Shown here piece after piece: positions 34,206 through 47,007 of a DNA stretch of 64,000 nucleotides (positions are counted from its first letter, which is position 1; each line of letters begins with the position of its first letter). The stretch is from Magallana gigas. Lineage: Eukaryota. A program made the position numbers and the translations under genes. Where the stretch lies: positions 47,740,001-47,804,000 of the forward strand of contig NC_088859.1 of NCBI RefSeq assembly GCF_963853765.1. Reading direction: 5' to 3'. A model generated the notes under the pieces. That model did not search any database and was not told the origin of the DNA. It saw nothing but the letters and a program-made list of their open reading frames with translations.

Positions 34206-34997
34206 CTATGATACCACTAATTATACCACCATCCGATAAATCAGAAGGTCTTGCGGCCATCTCAAAGTTTTTTAGTTTTACAAAATAGCCGTCATCTGAC
34301 ACTGTACAACCGTAGGAAGCCGTGGTGATATCTCTGAGCAGACATTCTTGTCTGTGGACGTATATAACAGCCTTCACCGCCTGTATTATTATCCTGATCA
34401 GATCAACGATTGGAATTATCTTTCTTTTTTCTCTTGCCTCCAGGAGGCGCCTCTGTAAGTTGTCTCCAGGAAGTCTCTCTTTGATGTAAAATTTTGGAAG
34501 CGACTGACTAAAGGCTAGGAGCCTTGTCACATTTGATTGAAAGTGTTTGGATTCTATCTCTTTCAAAACCTCAAGCTCATTTTCTAAGTTTTCTTTTATA
34601 TATTTGGTTTTAATATCTGAAAGGTTTGCCGCTGAGGTGTTATCATGCATATTAACATCCTTTGATTCAAACTGGAATGTTTCGTAAAAGCAAGTAATCG
34701 ATGCGTTTACATCGCAAATTGTACATTGTTTGCGTTTTAATGTGCTTTTTGATTGCAAATTTGTTAGGTCTAAAAAAAGACCACATTTCTCTAGAAGACC
34801 TTGTAAATGAGTGTCCGTTACCGACACTGTACCATATACACCTTTTTTCCTCGCTATGGCTCTGTATCTGGTCCGAATACTTTCGTTGTGGTGGAAAAAT
34901 AGGCTATGTGAAAAAGCGAGCCCCTCGGAGTGAAAAGTGTCACTCTTAAATATAGAAAACAACTCGTCTTCACATCGGTAATGTACATCTTGTTTCA
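34206..34997 (-). CDS. Exon: end of the N-terminal region + kinase 1 subdomains I-VII
   Basis: ELEVLKEI, NVTRLLAF, PGDNL, YVHRQECLLRDITTAS, VKLKNFEMA; TATTACAG| and |GTAAGA; phase 1-1. Confidence 0.92.
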
Positions 34998-35355
34998 CTG
35001 TAATAAAATGGTTAAGTTATAAATCCCGGGTACTAACTCTCTCTCTCTNNNNNNNNNNNNNNNNNNNNNNNNNNNNNNNNNNNNNNNNNNNNNNNNNNNN
35101 NNNNNNNNNNNNNNNNNNNNNNNNNNNNNNNNNNNNNNNNNNNNNNNNNNNNNNNNNNNNNNNNNNNNNNNNNNNNCCAAATTAAATAAATTTATTTAAT
35201 TTGGACTGTCACATTCTGTNNNNNNNNNNNNNNNNNNNNNNNNNNNNNNNNNNNNNNNNNNNNNNNNNNNNNNNNNNNNNNNNNNNNNNNNNNNNNNNNN
35301 NNNNNNNNNNNNNNNNNNNNNNNNNNNNNNNNNNNNNNNNNNNNNNNNNNNNNNN

Positions 35356-38300
35356 ACACTAGGCATCTTTTAAGTGTCGGATCTCATATATAGATACTAA
35401 GCCAGTAAACTGAAAATATAAAGCACTAAAAATGACTAACGACACAAACAATAGAAATTGTCAAATTTTCGGGACAACCAGTCCCTTCTTCAGGACCACA
35501 AAATAAATTACATGAGTACAAAACAAAGAAAACAAAATCTAAAGCTACTACTTAACTACTTAAAAATCTATAAAAAAAGAACAGCTACATTATAAACATT
35601 TGTTCACATTCTTAAAGAAGGTGTTGCTACTTTCACCGATCGCTATAAAGTAACCAATCGACTGCCAACTTCACGTCTGATTAAGTTAATTAGCTAATTA
35701 AAATTGGAGTCCGAGTTAATAAATGAAAATTTGAACCCCCGTTGTTAACTCGTACGGCACTTATGATATAGACTCGAATTTTTGATTAAAAAGAGATAAA
35801 ATTAAAGGAAAATAAATAAATAAAATTAAGAAAAAAATGATTTACAAATAAAAGGTAGTAAAGAAACTAATAAATGAATGGAAGAGGCGCAGTTGACAGA
35901 TTTTATGAAATTACTATGTGGGTGTCAGGTGATGTATGGCTATGAGACGTTCATTTTAGTGAAGTCCATTTGTTTGTTCATGCCATCAGGTCTGAATGAT
36001 TTGAGCCTGTGCATCCAGAACTTTTCCTTGCTCTTCCTCTCCGCGTCTGTCCAATGAGGATTATGGTCAATAACCAATACTGTCATGTCTTCCCATTTGT
36101 GGCCACTTGTATTGAAATGTTCTCCGACGGGCTCCTTGACTTTTTTGGTCTTTATGGTAGAGCGATGGTTGTTGATCCTTCTGCGGAGGTCATCTGTTTC
36201 ACCAACGTATTGCTTAGAGCAGACTTTGCAACTGATGAGATAGATGCAGTTGTCTGTGCGGCAAGAAGTGTTGCCAAATATCTTGTAGGTGCGACCCGTG
36301 ATGGGGCTTTTAAAACTGTCCGCGTTGGTGCTGTGTTTGCACAACGGGCATCTGGTATCGGAACATGTTTTAAAACCACCATTTGGCAACGGGTTGTCCA
36401 ATCTTGCCCTCACTACCATGTCCTTTAAGTTCCTCGGGCGTTTAAACGCAGCCATTGGTGGATCCTTGAAAAGACCAGCCATTCTTTCGTTAGTGTAAAG
36501 AATGGGCAGATTATTTCTAAGGATGCTGTTGAGGTTCTTAAGGGCGGGGTGATATGTAGTGACAAGTAGAACTGTTTTTTCTTTGTATTGTAAAAGGGTT
36601 TTCCTGTCATTTGTAGTAATCTCATCAATTGCAGATTGAACTGTGTGGGCTTTATAGCCTCGATTACACAGATGGGATTTTAATATTCTGCTCTGTTCTT
36701 CAAAGATTTCATTAGAAGAACTGATTCGGGTTGTTAATCCTTTAGGAATTCCTCTAAAAGTATGGGGAGGGTGGCAACTCGATGGCTTGAGGTAGAGGTG
36801 AGAATCAGTGGGTTTGGTATGGAGACTGAATTTTATTCCACCATCTTCCAAGATGGATGTAGTATCCAAAAATACATTTTTGGAACTAGATTAGTCCACT
36901 GTGAATTAAATCGAATTGTGGAAGGAGTTGGCAAAGGTGATGAAGTCATTTAGGCAGTCTCGGTTTTCGACCCATTTCATCTCAATATCATCAATGAACC
37001 GCAACCAGCTCAAAGGTTTGAAAGGAGCTCTGAGAAGATGGTTGCGTTCCAATCTTCCCATAAATATATTGGCGTAAGAGGGAGCCATTTTGGTGCCCAT
37101 AGCTGTACCACTTATTTGTATGTAATGTTCGCCATTAAACATGAAATTGTTTAGCTTGAGAACATGTTCAAGGAGCTTAAGTAGAGATTCGGTTGACGGC
37201 TGCTGAATCGTTCTACTGTCCCATACCTCCCTGCAGGCCTCGATACCTTCATCGTGAGGAATATTCGTGTACAAGGACGTGACGTCCATTGTAACGAGAA
37301 GAGTATGGTCTGGCAGGCCAGAGGAAGGTGTCTTATTCAGGTAATCTGTAGTGTCCTTGAGGTATGATGGCACATCTTCTACGTGTGGACGGAGATGTAA
37401 ATCTATCAATTCAGATATTTTCTCCGTGGGGTGGCCGATGGCACTGACTATAGGGCGCCCAGGCATTCCTTCCTTGTAGATTTTTGGAAGCAGATAAAAT
37501 TCACTCGGTCTACAGTTGGTTGGGCGAAGCGTTTCATAAACATTAACACAAATCTCATCATTTTCATACATTTTGTCCAGGGTGTTAGTGATGAGAGCTG
37601 AAAACTCTTCGGTTGGATCAGAGTCTAGTTTCTTGTAGAAACGATCGTCTGTCAGTTGTCTGTTCGCTTCAGCTAAATACGCTTGGCTTGTTTGTCTAGG
37701 ACAACCCCTGTGGATCCTTTGTCTGCTTTCTTTATGACTATGTCGTCCCTGTTTTTCAACCTTTGTAGAGCAGATCTTTCTTCTTTCGTCAGATTGTCAG
37801 GGACGATTTTTTGGTTGGTCAGGAGCTTCTCAATGTCTGACTCAACGGCATCAATGTAAGACTCAAGTGCTCCACATTTGCCCGGTGCCGGTTCCCAAGT
37901 ACTTTTGGGTCGGTACAACTTATGTTCCTCTAAGTTGTGCAAGGGTGGAGGAGGTTCGTCTGTGTGATCATTGCTGGAGTCTTTTCGCGAGAAGTGTTCC
38001 TTTAATCTTAGCCTTCGGCAAAAATGCTCTGGTGTCCTCTCTAACCTTTTTCTCATCGACCTCATGCGGTGTTGGACAGAAATTGAGACCTTTAGATAGA
38101 AGCGATGTCTCAACGTCTGTGAGAGGAACCTTAGATGTATTCAGAACTGGGCAGGTGTTGGTATCGGCCAAGGACTCGTCTTCACTTGTTTGCTTCTTGT
38201 GCTTGAAGCGTCTAGAGTGCCGTTTTTTTAGCAGAAGGACGAGATGACAACATATTAGACCTAGTTCTGATTGTTGCTGGAACACCGTCTCGAAGGAACT

Positions 38301-38760
38301 TCCTGTTTTGGGTATTGTTGAGGTCATTAGATAGGGTTGTATTGAATGTTGTAATAATTCTTTTTGCTTCAACAAAATCTGCATGGGAAGTGGATTTATT
38401 AAGAGAAGACCCCAGTGAAACTACATCTTTCTCCAGTTGACGAAGTCTGTGGTTATCCCACGACAGACAGACAGACATTAATTCGTTGGAGCATCTTCTT
38501 AATATGAAGTCCCAGCGTTTTTTGGAAGTTTTTAGAAACTAACCCTAAGTTGGGAGTGACATTTATCTGGAAGCCTTTTGGTATAATGTCACAGTTGATA
38601 TACGTTTCTAAATTTGATATTCTGTGTTTGGTTTTGATACATTTCTTATTTTGTTTTTTCAGAAGTTTAAAGGTGTTGTTTTGTTTAAAAGCCATGAAAA
38701 TAAATTTAATTTCAATAAAAACTAAAAAGCCGAAAGATGTTTAATTTTTAAGACAAAGGT
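35356..38760 (-). mobile_element. Penelope-like element (RT + GIY-YIG, Neptune-like), near full length, frameshifted
   Basis: N-terminal CDIIPKG; [15 protein letters not shown]; [10 protein letters not shown]; RPIVS; [10 protein letters not shown]; [10 protein letters not shown]; RFIDD; CSDTRCPLC; [17 protein letters not shown]. Confidence 0.92.
35458..35497 (-). ncRNA. Minimal type I hammerhead ribozyme motif
   Basis: On minus: GUC-CUGAAGA-A-GGGAC(UGGUU)GUCCC-GAAA-AUU-U-GAC. Core boxes, stem II, palindromic AAUU stem III and a 3-bp stem I. Confidence 0.7.
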
Positions 38761-40148
38761 TATCCAAAATAAATGTTCTCAAGCTGAACAATTTCATGTT
38801 TAATGGCGAACATTACATACAAATAAGTGGTACAGCTATGGGCACCAAAATGGCTCCCTCTTACGCCAATATATTTACGGGAAGATTGGAACGCAACCAT
38901 CTTCTCAGAGCTCCTTTCAAACCTTTGAGCTGGTTGCGGTTCATTGATGATATTGAGATGAAATGGGTCGAAAACCGAGACTACCTAAATGACTTCATCA
39001 CATTTGCCAACTCCTTCCACAATTCGATTTAATTCACAGTGGACATATCTAGTTCCAAAAATGTATTTTTGGATACTACATCCACCTTGAAAGATGGTGA
39101 AATAAAATTCAGTCTCCATACCAAACCCACTGATTCTCATCTTTACCTCAAGCCATCGAGTTGCCACCCTCCCCATACTTTTAGAGGAATTCCTAAAGGA
39201 TTAACAACCCGAATCAGTTCTTCTAATGAAATCTTTGAAGAACAGAGCAGAATATTAAAATCCCATCTGTGTAATCGAGGCTATAAAGCCCACACAGTTC
39301 AATCTGCAATTGATGAGATTACTACAAATGACAGGAAAACCCTTTTACAATACAAAGAAAAAACAGACAAAAGCAGGGTTCTACTTGTCACTACATATCA
39401 CCCCGCCCTTAAGAACCTCAACAGCATCCTTAGAAATAATCTGCCCATTCTTTACACTAACGAAAGAATGGCTGGTCTTTTCAAGGATCCACCAATGGCT
39501 GTGTTTTAACGCCCGAGGAACTTAAAGGACATGGTAGTGAGGGCAAGATTGGACAACCCGTTGCCAAATGGTGGTTTTAAAACATGTTCCGATACCAGAT
39601 GCCTGTTGTGCAAACACAGCACCAACGCGGACAGTTTTAAAAGCCCCATCACGGGTCGCACCTACAAGATATTTGACAACACTTCTTGCCGCACAGACAA
39701 CTGCATCTATCTCATCAGTTGCAAAGTCTGCTCTAAACAATACATTGGTGAAACGGTTGACCTCCACAGAAGGATCAACGACCACCGCTCTAACATAAAG
39801 ACCAAGAAAGTCAAGGAGCCCGTCAGAGAACATTTTGATACAAGTGGTCACAAATGGGAAGACATGACAGTATTGGTTTTTAACCATAATCCTCATTGGA
39901 CAGACGCGGAGAGGAAAAGCAAGGAAAAATTCTGGATGCACAGACTCAAATCATTCAGACCTGATGGCATGAACAAACAAATGGACTTCGCTAAAATGAA
40001 CGTCTCATAGCCATACATCACCTGACACCCACATAGTAATTTCATCAAATCTGTCAACTGCGCCACTTTCGGTTATTAGTTTCCTTTACTACCTTTCATT
40101 TGTAAATCACTCTTTTTTTTTTATAATTTCTTAATTTTAATTTTAAAA

Positions 40149-40888
40149 AAGAAGATGGGTGGATAAGGCGTGTAAAATGCCCATACGCAGTCGGACAGGC
40201 TACTGAAAAATTAAAGTATCAATAAATCTGATGGGTTTTTTAAAAAATCATTTAAAACAATATATATTTAGCAAATCATTGATTTCTATCCTTAAGGTAT
40301 GTTCAATACTTGGAATATGTTGACTCAAACAGGCGTATAAGTATCAAAACCTACAAATGCTATCATTTTTTAGAACTTCAAGGGATTTTCTTTTATAGAG
40401 TGGGTCTGTGCTCCATATTTTTCTCATAGTCTAATTAAGGTCTATTGGAAAACAATCCGATTTCAATCAACAAAAACGTGGAGAGATGACCTACTATACT
40501 AAAAAAATATCATTTTGTATCCCAACAATTGAACGTTTTGAAAAAAAACACATGTCCGGTAGTTCGTGGCCTTAGTCACACATAATATTTAAAAAGCCCA
40601 CTTTGTTGTGTCTGAAATGGCTCAGTGGTTAGAGTACCTGGCATAAGCTAACCTTATATATCTAGGGTTTTTATGTTACGGGTTCGATACCACCAAAATT
40701 TTCGACATAATTTGTTTTCTTATTTTTTGTTAAATATATTAAAAACTGACTATAGTTAGAGATTTTGCTTTTGCAAAGTTGTATTATAATATCTTTGAAT
40801 AGATTTAATTGGGGAAAAATAAATTCAAAATTGTATTTCACTACTAAACCGAATGGGCATTTGCGCCATCTTATTCCTCCATCTTCTT
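40149..40888. mobile_element. MITE inserted in the 3' region of the plus-strand Penelope copy; contains a tRNA-like segment
   Basis: Inverted termini AAGAAGATGG...AAATGCCCAT / ATGGGCATTT...CCATCTTCTT; absent from the minus copy; A/B-box-like sequence at about 40618-40695. Confidence 0.7.
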
Positions 40889-41198
40889 TATTTAAATCTC
40901 TTTTTCATAAAAAATTCGAGTCTAAATCATAGGTGGCGTACGAGTTAACAACAGGGGTTCAAATTTTCATTTATTAACTCGGACGTCAATTTAATTAGCT
41001 AATTAACTTAATCAGGCGTGAAGTTGGCAGTCGATTGATTACTTAGAGCGATCGGCGGAAGTATCAAAACCTTCTTTAAGAATGTGATCGAAAGATGTTT
41101 ATAATGTAGCTGTTCTTTTATATAGTTTCTTAAGTAGTTTAGTAGTAGCTTTAAATTTTGTTTTCTTTGTTTTTTACGCATGCAATTTATTTTTTTTT

Positions 41199-41238
41199 GG
41201 TCCTGAAGAAGGGACTGGTTGTCCCGAAAATTTGACAA
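41199..41238 (+). ncRNA. Minimal type I hammerhead ribozyme motif (second copy)
   Basis: GGTC-CTGAAGA-A-GGGAC-TGGTT-GTCCC-GAAA-ATT-T-GAC. Confidence 0.7.
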
Positions 41239-41354
41239 TTTCTATTCTTGTCGTAAGCAATTTTTAGTGCTTTTTATATTCAGTTTACTGGCTTAGTATC
41301 TATAAATTAGATCCGACACTTAAAAATGCCTAGTGTTGTTGATTCTATTCCGTG

Positions 41355-41357
<3 letters not shown>

Positions 41358-41425
<68 letters not shown>
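41358..41425 (+). repeat. (TA)n microsatellite
   Basis: Direct reading; about 20 bp from the Penelope end. Confidence 0.97.
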
Positions 41426-41428
<3 letters not shown>

Positions 41429-41790
41429 TTCACTATGGGCAGGTATATGTCAATTTGAAAGTTATTGCAATGTTTGTTCTTATTATATATGTGTGTATCT
41501 ATGCAATNNNNNNNNNNNNNNNNNNNNNNNNNNNNNNNNNNNNNNNNNNNNNNNNNNNNNNNNNNNNNNNNNNNNNNNNNNNNNNNNNNNNNNNNNNNNN
41601 NNNNNNNNNNNNNNNNNNNNNNNNNNNNNNNNNNNNNNNNNNNNNNNNNNTATAACGTAAACCTTAATATGCAATCTGAAATTTATACATCGATCAAGTT
41701 AATAAAAAAGATTGATAGAGTGCATGTAGAATTGCATTTGTCAGATAAATTAATGTTTACAATCACACCTTTATTTTAGATAAAACTTAC

Positions 41791-41947
41791 CATCAGGGTG
41801 CTCTTGCTGTAGTGTACGGATCACGAACTGCCCAAGCAGGCGATTAAACCACTTTACCAATCCTTCGTCATTTGATCCATTCATAAACGAAGACAACCCC
41901 ACTAGTTTCTGTACGCCGGCGATCAACTTCGATTGCTGTCTCAGTAT
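41791..41947 (-). CDS. Tandem-pseudokinase gene exon (missed by the ORF track)
   Basis: TATAATAG| and |GTAAGT; ILRQQSKLIAGVQKLVG...QQEHPD; phase 0-1 exactly bridges exons 47824-48467 and 34206-34997. Confidence 0.8.
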
Positions 41948-42702
41948 CTATTATAATATCAATACAATATGTTTAAAAATTAGTCTTACGTATAACACAT
42001 TACCGTCAAAACCTTGTATTATCATGTAAAGATTTATGAATGCTATAGTAATTTGATTTCGTACTGTGTCTAGAAATTAAGAGGGTGATAAAAGTTAAAA
42101 TGATAAAAGAGTTTTTGGCCTTTTTCAATGGAGAAAAACAATGTTTAAAAACTAAATTACTAACAGTGAAATATGTAGATAATTATTTGGAAAAATTAAA
42201 CCAGGTATGGGGTAATAGTAATTTGTAATGGTTACTGAGTGTAATAAATTACGAAGGATGTCATTCAAAGTAATGTGCAATTTACCAAATTTTTAATTAC
42301 ATGTAATTGTTATTTAAAAACAACGAACGTAATTAAATTTGTGCAGATATATCGCGTACCTAAAGGAATGATTGTTACGAACATCGAATTCTCAACATTA
42401 CGTCACAATCACTAAAACTCAATAAAACATCGCTAATGAATATATAGCTGTTCAACGTCATCAATACTCACTATAATGTTGCATGTAGTAGGCGACCTGT
42501 CTATTATTTAACATGCTGAAATAAGCTTTTCAAAATTATTAAGCATGCACAAATTTTGTTGGGGGATGTAAAAGTTTGTAGTGAGTCTATACTTAAGCTC
42601 CTGATATTTACAAGCATATACATAGATTATTTAACAGAGTTTGAGCCAGTGAACAAATTATTTACATTCTGTTCCGCGTCAATACTCGTATCGAAAAAAA
42701 TA

Positions 42703-44239
42703 TTCTCTCCCAAAAAAGAAACGCAACATTTAGTATCATTTTTGCAAAAGAAATTTTTGCATATAAAATAACTAAAAGCAAGTTTTGTAATGAAATGCTT
42801 AGGTTTCCATATTACCAGGGATGAATTTAAAATGCAAAATCTGATGTGCGATCAACCGTAACTGTTGCGAAATCAAAAATAGGAACATTGTTTGATTGGT
42901 GTTTCAAGAAAGTGGAAAGCGCTTTGCATGCCTAAATTTTTGTTAATTTTTATGTGTGATGTGTGTTAACAAAATAAGACTAACGCATGAATTAAATGTT
43001 TGGCCTTGTTAGCTGTAGGACGATGTTTACGTTTGCCTAGATTAGACATTGTTTCGCGCATGATCGCAATAGGGCGTCTCGAAGCTGGGGAGTCACAATA
43101 CGTTGTTGCTCAGCATTATAATGTTCACAGGAGTACAATCTCTCGTCTTTGGCAGAGATATTTACAGGCTGGGACGTCAAATGATAGGCCACGAACTGGT
43201 CGTCCGCGTATTACAACTGCGCAACAGGATCGCTATTTACGTATTCTCCATCTACGCAACAGGTCAGTTACAGCAACACAGACTGCTTCAAGAATACCTG
43301 GCATTCGCAGAATAACCGCACAAACAGTGCACAATCGCCTGCGAGAAGTTTGACTGCGAGCCAGACGACACTATTTTGGTCCTATCTTGGGGAGACAACA
43401 TCGGCGTGCATGGGTCGGATGGTGCAACACAGTTAGAAACTGGACTCTAAGGAATTGGAGAAGAATCTGGTTCAGTGGTGAAAGCAGATTTATGCTACCG
43501 CACCGAGATGGCAGAGTGCGTGTTTACAGGCGAAAATATGAACGTTTTGCAAACAACTGTGTGGTAGAAGTTGACAAATTCGGTGGGGGCAGTGTTATGA
43601 TGTGGGGCGCTATTTCTTACAATCAATGGATGCCACTGGTTCTTGTTCCTGGCAATTTAACGGCGCAAAGGTATCGCGACGAGATCCTCCAGCCTCACCT
43701 TCTTCCAGTCATCAACACGCAGAGAGAGGTTTTTCAGCACGACAACGCCAGACCGCACACAGCACGTGGTGCTGCTGTCGACTTTCTTGCTGACCACAAC
43801 GTCACTGTGTTACACTGGCCATCAAGATCCCCGTATTTGAATCCCATTGAACACCTCTGGGATCAGTTGGATAAACGTGTGCGCATGCGTCAACCAGCCC
43901 CGCAAACTCTTCTGCAATTACAGCAGGCACTACACGAGGAATGGCAAAGAATACCCTAGGTCCAAATTCAACGTTTGATTAAATCAATGCGGAGACGAGT
44001 TACAACAGTTTTGCAAGCAAACGGTGGCCACACAAGACACTGATGTAATTGTGCAAATAAACATTCGTTAAACCTTTTGTTTTGAATTTTGTTTTTTTAA
44101 TGATTACAACTAACACAACGACTATCATTAAGAAAATTATTGAACTGTTCACGCAATGTATGAAGTATTTTAAATTTATTTTTCTATCTGACAAAAACTT
44201 GTAAAATAATACATGTTGCGTTTCTTTTTTGGAAGAGTA
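42703..44239 (+). mobile_element. Tc1-family transposon, inactive
   Basis: About 27-bp TIRs (..CTC(T/C)CCAAAAAAGAAACGCAACAT) and TA TSDs at 42701-42702 and 44240-44241. Confidence 0.9.
43033..44043 (+). pseudogene. Tc1 transposase pseudogene
   Basis: HTH and GRPRIT; FSGESRF (first catalytic D changed to G), QHDNARPH, LNPIEHLW. In-frame stops at 43351 and 43957; probable start is TTG; ends NGGHTRH*. Confidence 0.9.
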
Positions 44240-46671
44240 TATAATAAAACCGTCCCTGTGCTTAAGTTTTGAAGTATTTTATTGCAAAAAATGTATATAA
44301 AACTCTAATAATTCTTTGCTTTCATAAATCAACTTCGAATTGATGTACAAAGCCTTTCTTAGACTTTGCGCAGTACTTTTTATGAACAATTGACGAAAAA
44401 TAACGTCATATTGCAATTTGATGAGATGGTCATTATTTAAATGATATTAATTCAAATTTATCATTTAAGTATCATATTTCAATTGTAATAGAAAATCTAT
44501 CGCAGATTTTTTTAAAATTATTTTTTCTCTTACAAGAAAGCTTTTCTCCATCATGTTCAATTAAAAAAGAAAAGCAATACACACAATTTTTGTATTGGTC
44601 CCTACTAAATAAAAATCTAATTCGATTTTCATGTTATTTTTTGATTGATTTTGATATATCCTTAGTAACTCTAACTCATGTAAAATGTTCATAAAAATCT
44701 CTATTGTAGAAGTGAATTGGGTCCGCCGTCTTTAATTACAGTTAAACTTTGGTATCTCGAACTTGGTGGGACTGAGTAAACACTTCAAGATATCCGAGGG
44801 TTCGAGATATCGAAGTTGATGAAAGTTTGTCTTTAATGTTTCTAGACACGCAAATGCACATATTTTTTCTTTACATTTATACACACATGTATATAGTCAT
44901 GTTTCCAAAAAAAAGACATGCGATTCAAATTACTTGTCAGTTACTTTCAATTACACACTAGTGTACAGAGAAATAAGAAAGCTGTCAACTATCCATTGTC
45001 CCCCACACTTCCAAGTACATACATGTACATGTAAGGTAGTATAATACAAAAGATACAAGATCAAGTTAAGAGTAGTTAGGTTGGCTCTATACACCCACAG
45101 TTTTTTTCCCAATTTTCAATAGAAGACCACAAAACATATACTTATCAAGTATAAAAATGATGATAGTGATACTATATATAGGTTTTTAAAAAGAATTTTT
45201 AAACGTTTTTTCGTGTGTTTGTAAAATATAATTTAAAAAGTTAACTATTAACAAATTGAAAGAACTTTTGGCCATATGATGGATATGTCATTCAGACACA
45301 TACATAAAAAATATAACACTTCTTCATAACATTCAAAAATGTTATTATTGCAATTTTTTTTATATCTTACTGTGTTGACAAATCATCTAAAAAAGCTGCT
45401 TGATGTTGAAAATGTATCTTAATAAATGGGACTTTAAAACATTGAATGAAAATCATTGCAAATAACCACCAAAACAAAAATTCAAAATTTTATTTGGTAT
45501 GAAAGTTCCTCAGGTAAGAGTTATCGTTCCTAAGTCCCAAGGCCCAAACACCTTGGGGACTTTTCAATTTCTGAGTTGAAGAAAATTAAATATTGTATTG
45601 GAATGATAAATACATAAATATTTCATTATTGGTCTATATAAGTAAATATATGCGCTTAATGCAAAACTCAGTCAAAATAAATAAAGGGGAAAATTAACTT
45701 GTAGGATTTCATGCATCCCAATCTGAGAGAAATTCAAAGCCACCCTCCCATCCCCTTTAGGTGGTATGGAACATCTGTGGATTTAAATGTGGATTAAAGT
45801 ACATTATAGTTGAAATAATTTTATCGGTTTAGAATTTTCTTTTACAATATTTAACCAAAAAATACGTTTTAGAAAACTTTGGAAAGGTAAACATTTTAAA
45901 ATCCCCAGCTGGATTCGAACTCATGACTTACACAGGTCCGTAGTGGACCCTCTGACACACTGCGCCACGCTGAAAGATAACACTGATGGGAAAGAATCTA
46001 TTTATAAAATTATAGTTGATATTCTTTTTTATTTCGATAAATAATACGATACATAAAAGTGTCCCATTCTACCTTACATGTAAATAATGAATTTTCCAAT
46101 TATCAAATTAAATCTATTTAACCATTTTTTTTTCAAAAGAGCGGTCACCATACAATTCGCCTCAGTTGAAATCAGCCAGTACCGGAAATACATGCTTCCA
46201 GATTTACTTTTTTGCTTACTGCGTCATCAAAAAGTGGTGTATAGAGCCACCTTAATGATCCTCGACAACTTGTGACTTCTACTTTTTATGACAGTACGTC
46301 ACAAGTGGCGATTTTAACGCATTGTGAAACAGTTTATATCGCCAAAATTTGGTGTCTAACTCTGTGGCGCAATGGGTCTAGATTCGACCTACCGATCCGC
46401 AGGTCTTGAGTTCGAATACTGTAGGACTTTTATTTTCCTGAATAGCAGTAAAATTTTAAAGGTTCAATCTTTTTCCCCAAAATTTATTTTTTTTCTGTCA
46501 TTTTCAATATGCATTTCCATATCATTAAATAATTTAGAAGAACGAGCTTGTATGCAGAACATTTTTTCAAGAGTGTGGTAGACCCTTAAATGGATTTAAC
46601 TAAAAACATTTTTTAACCATATACATGTATACATGCATCTTTGGGTAGCTCTCCTATGCAGTTACTCGGAC

Positions 46672-46687
46672 AAACCGAAAGTGAAAC
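46672..46687 (+). promoter_or_regulatory. Canonical IRF-E/ISRE-like motif in an intron of the kinase gene
   Basis: AAACCGAAAGTGAAAC (AANNGAAA and GAAANNGAAA). Motif match only. Confidence 0.35.
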
Positions 46688-46893
46688 AGTGTTTGGACCT
46701 GAGCACAAATCAACACACCGCTGACAACATACAGTTTTAATCGATAAATTCGATGAAATGAGTTCTTTAGCATTTATTTTTCAAAGAAACTTATTTATAG
46801 ATACCTTTAAAAAGTCAGAGTTTAAATGGTACGGATAATTAAGATATTTTTTGAAGTCGTACATTTTATGTATTCCTACGCCAGAGTTCAATA

Positions 46894-47007
46894 TATTCTC
46901 GTTCAACCAGACGCTCGGCTGTCTCCGTAAATATCCGACAAGCAGATAGTCTCTCTTGCTTGTCGGAGATTAACCGATACAGCTGAGCGTCTGGTTGAAC
47001 AAGACTA
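46894..47007. mobile_element. Nested fold-back MITE with about 9-bp TSD
   Basis: TCTCGTTCAACCAGACGCTCGGCTGT...ACAGCTGAGCGTCTGGTTGAACAAGA; inner CCGACAAGCA/TGCTTGTCGG hairpin; GAGTTCAAT on both flanks. Confidence 0.8.

Larger units (their letters stand above)
38773..41337 (+). mobile_element. 5'-truncated Penelope-like copy, inverted relative to 35356-38760
   Basis: ORFs 38796-39032, 39039-39509 and 39531-40010 repeat the RT C-terminus and GIY-YIG domain. The shared 3' region ends CCTAGTGT. Confidence 0.92.

Noticed and set aside
34840-34870. KKGVYGTV as the Gly-rich loop of kinase 1
   Set aside because: About 80 residues before alphaC, too far for a normal N-lobe; treated as coincidental unless structure prediction shows an insertion.
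36009-39941. Duplicated 139-aa antisense ORFs (MHPE...)
   Set aside because: Shadow frames of the Penelope GIY-YIG region, duplicated only because the element is duplicated.
40618-46420. tRNA genes at about 40618-40695, 45905-45970 (minus) and 46362-46420
   Set aside because: A/B-box-like motifs only; cloverleaf stems are broken and they lie within MITE-like repeats.
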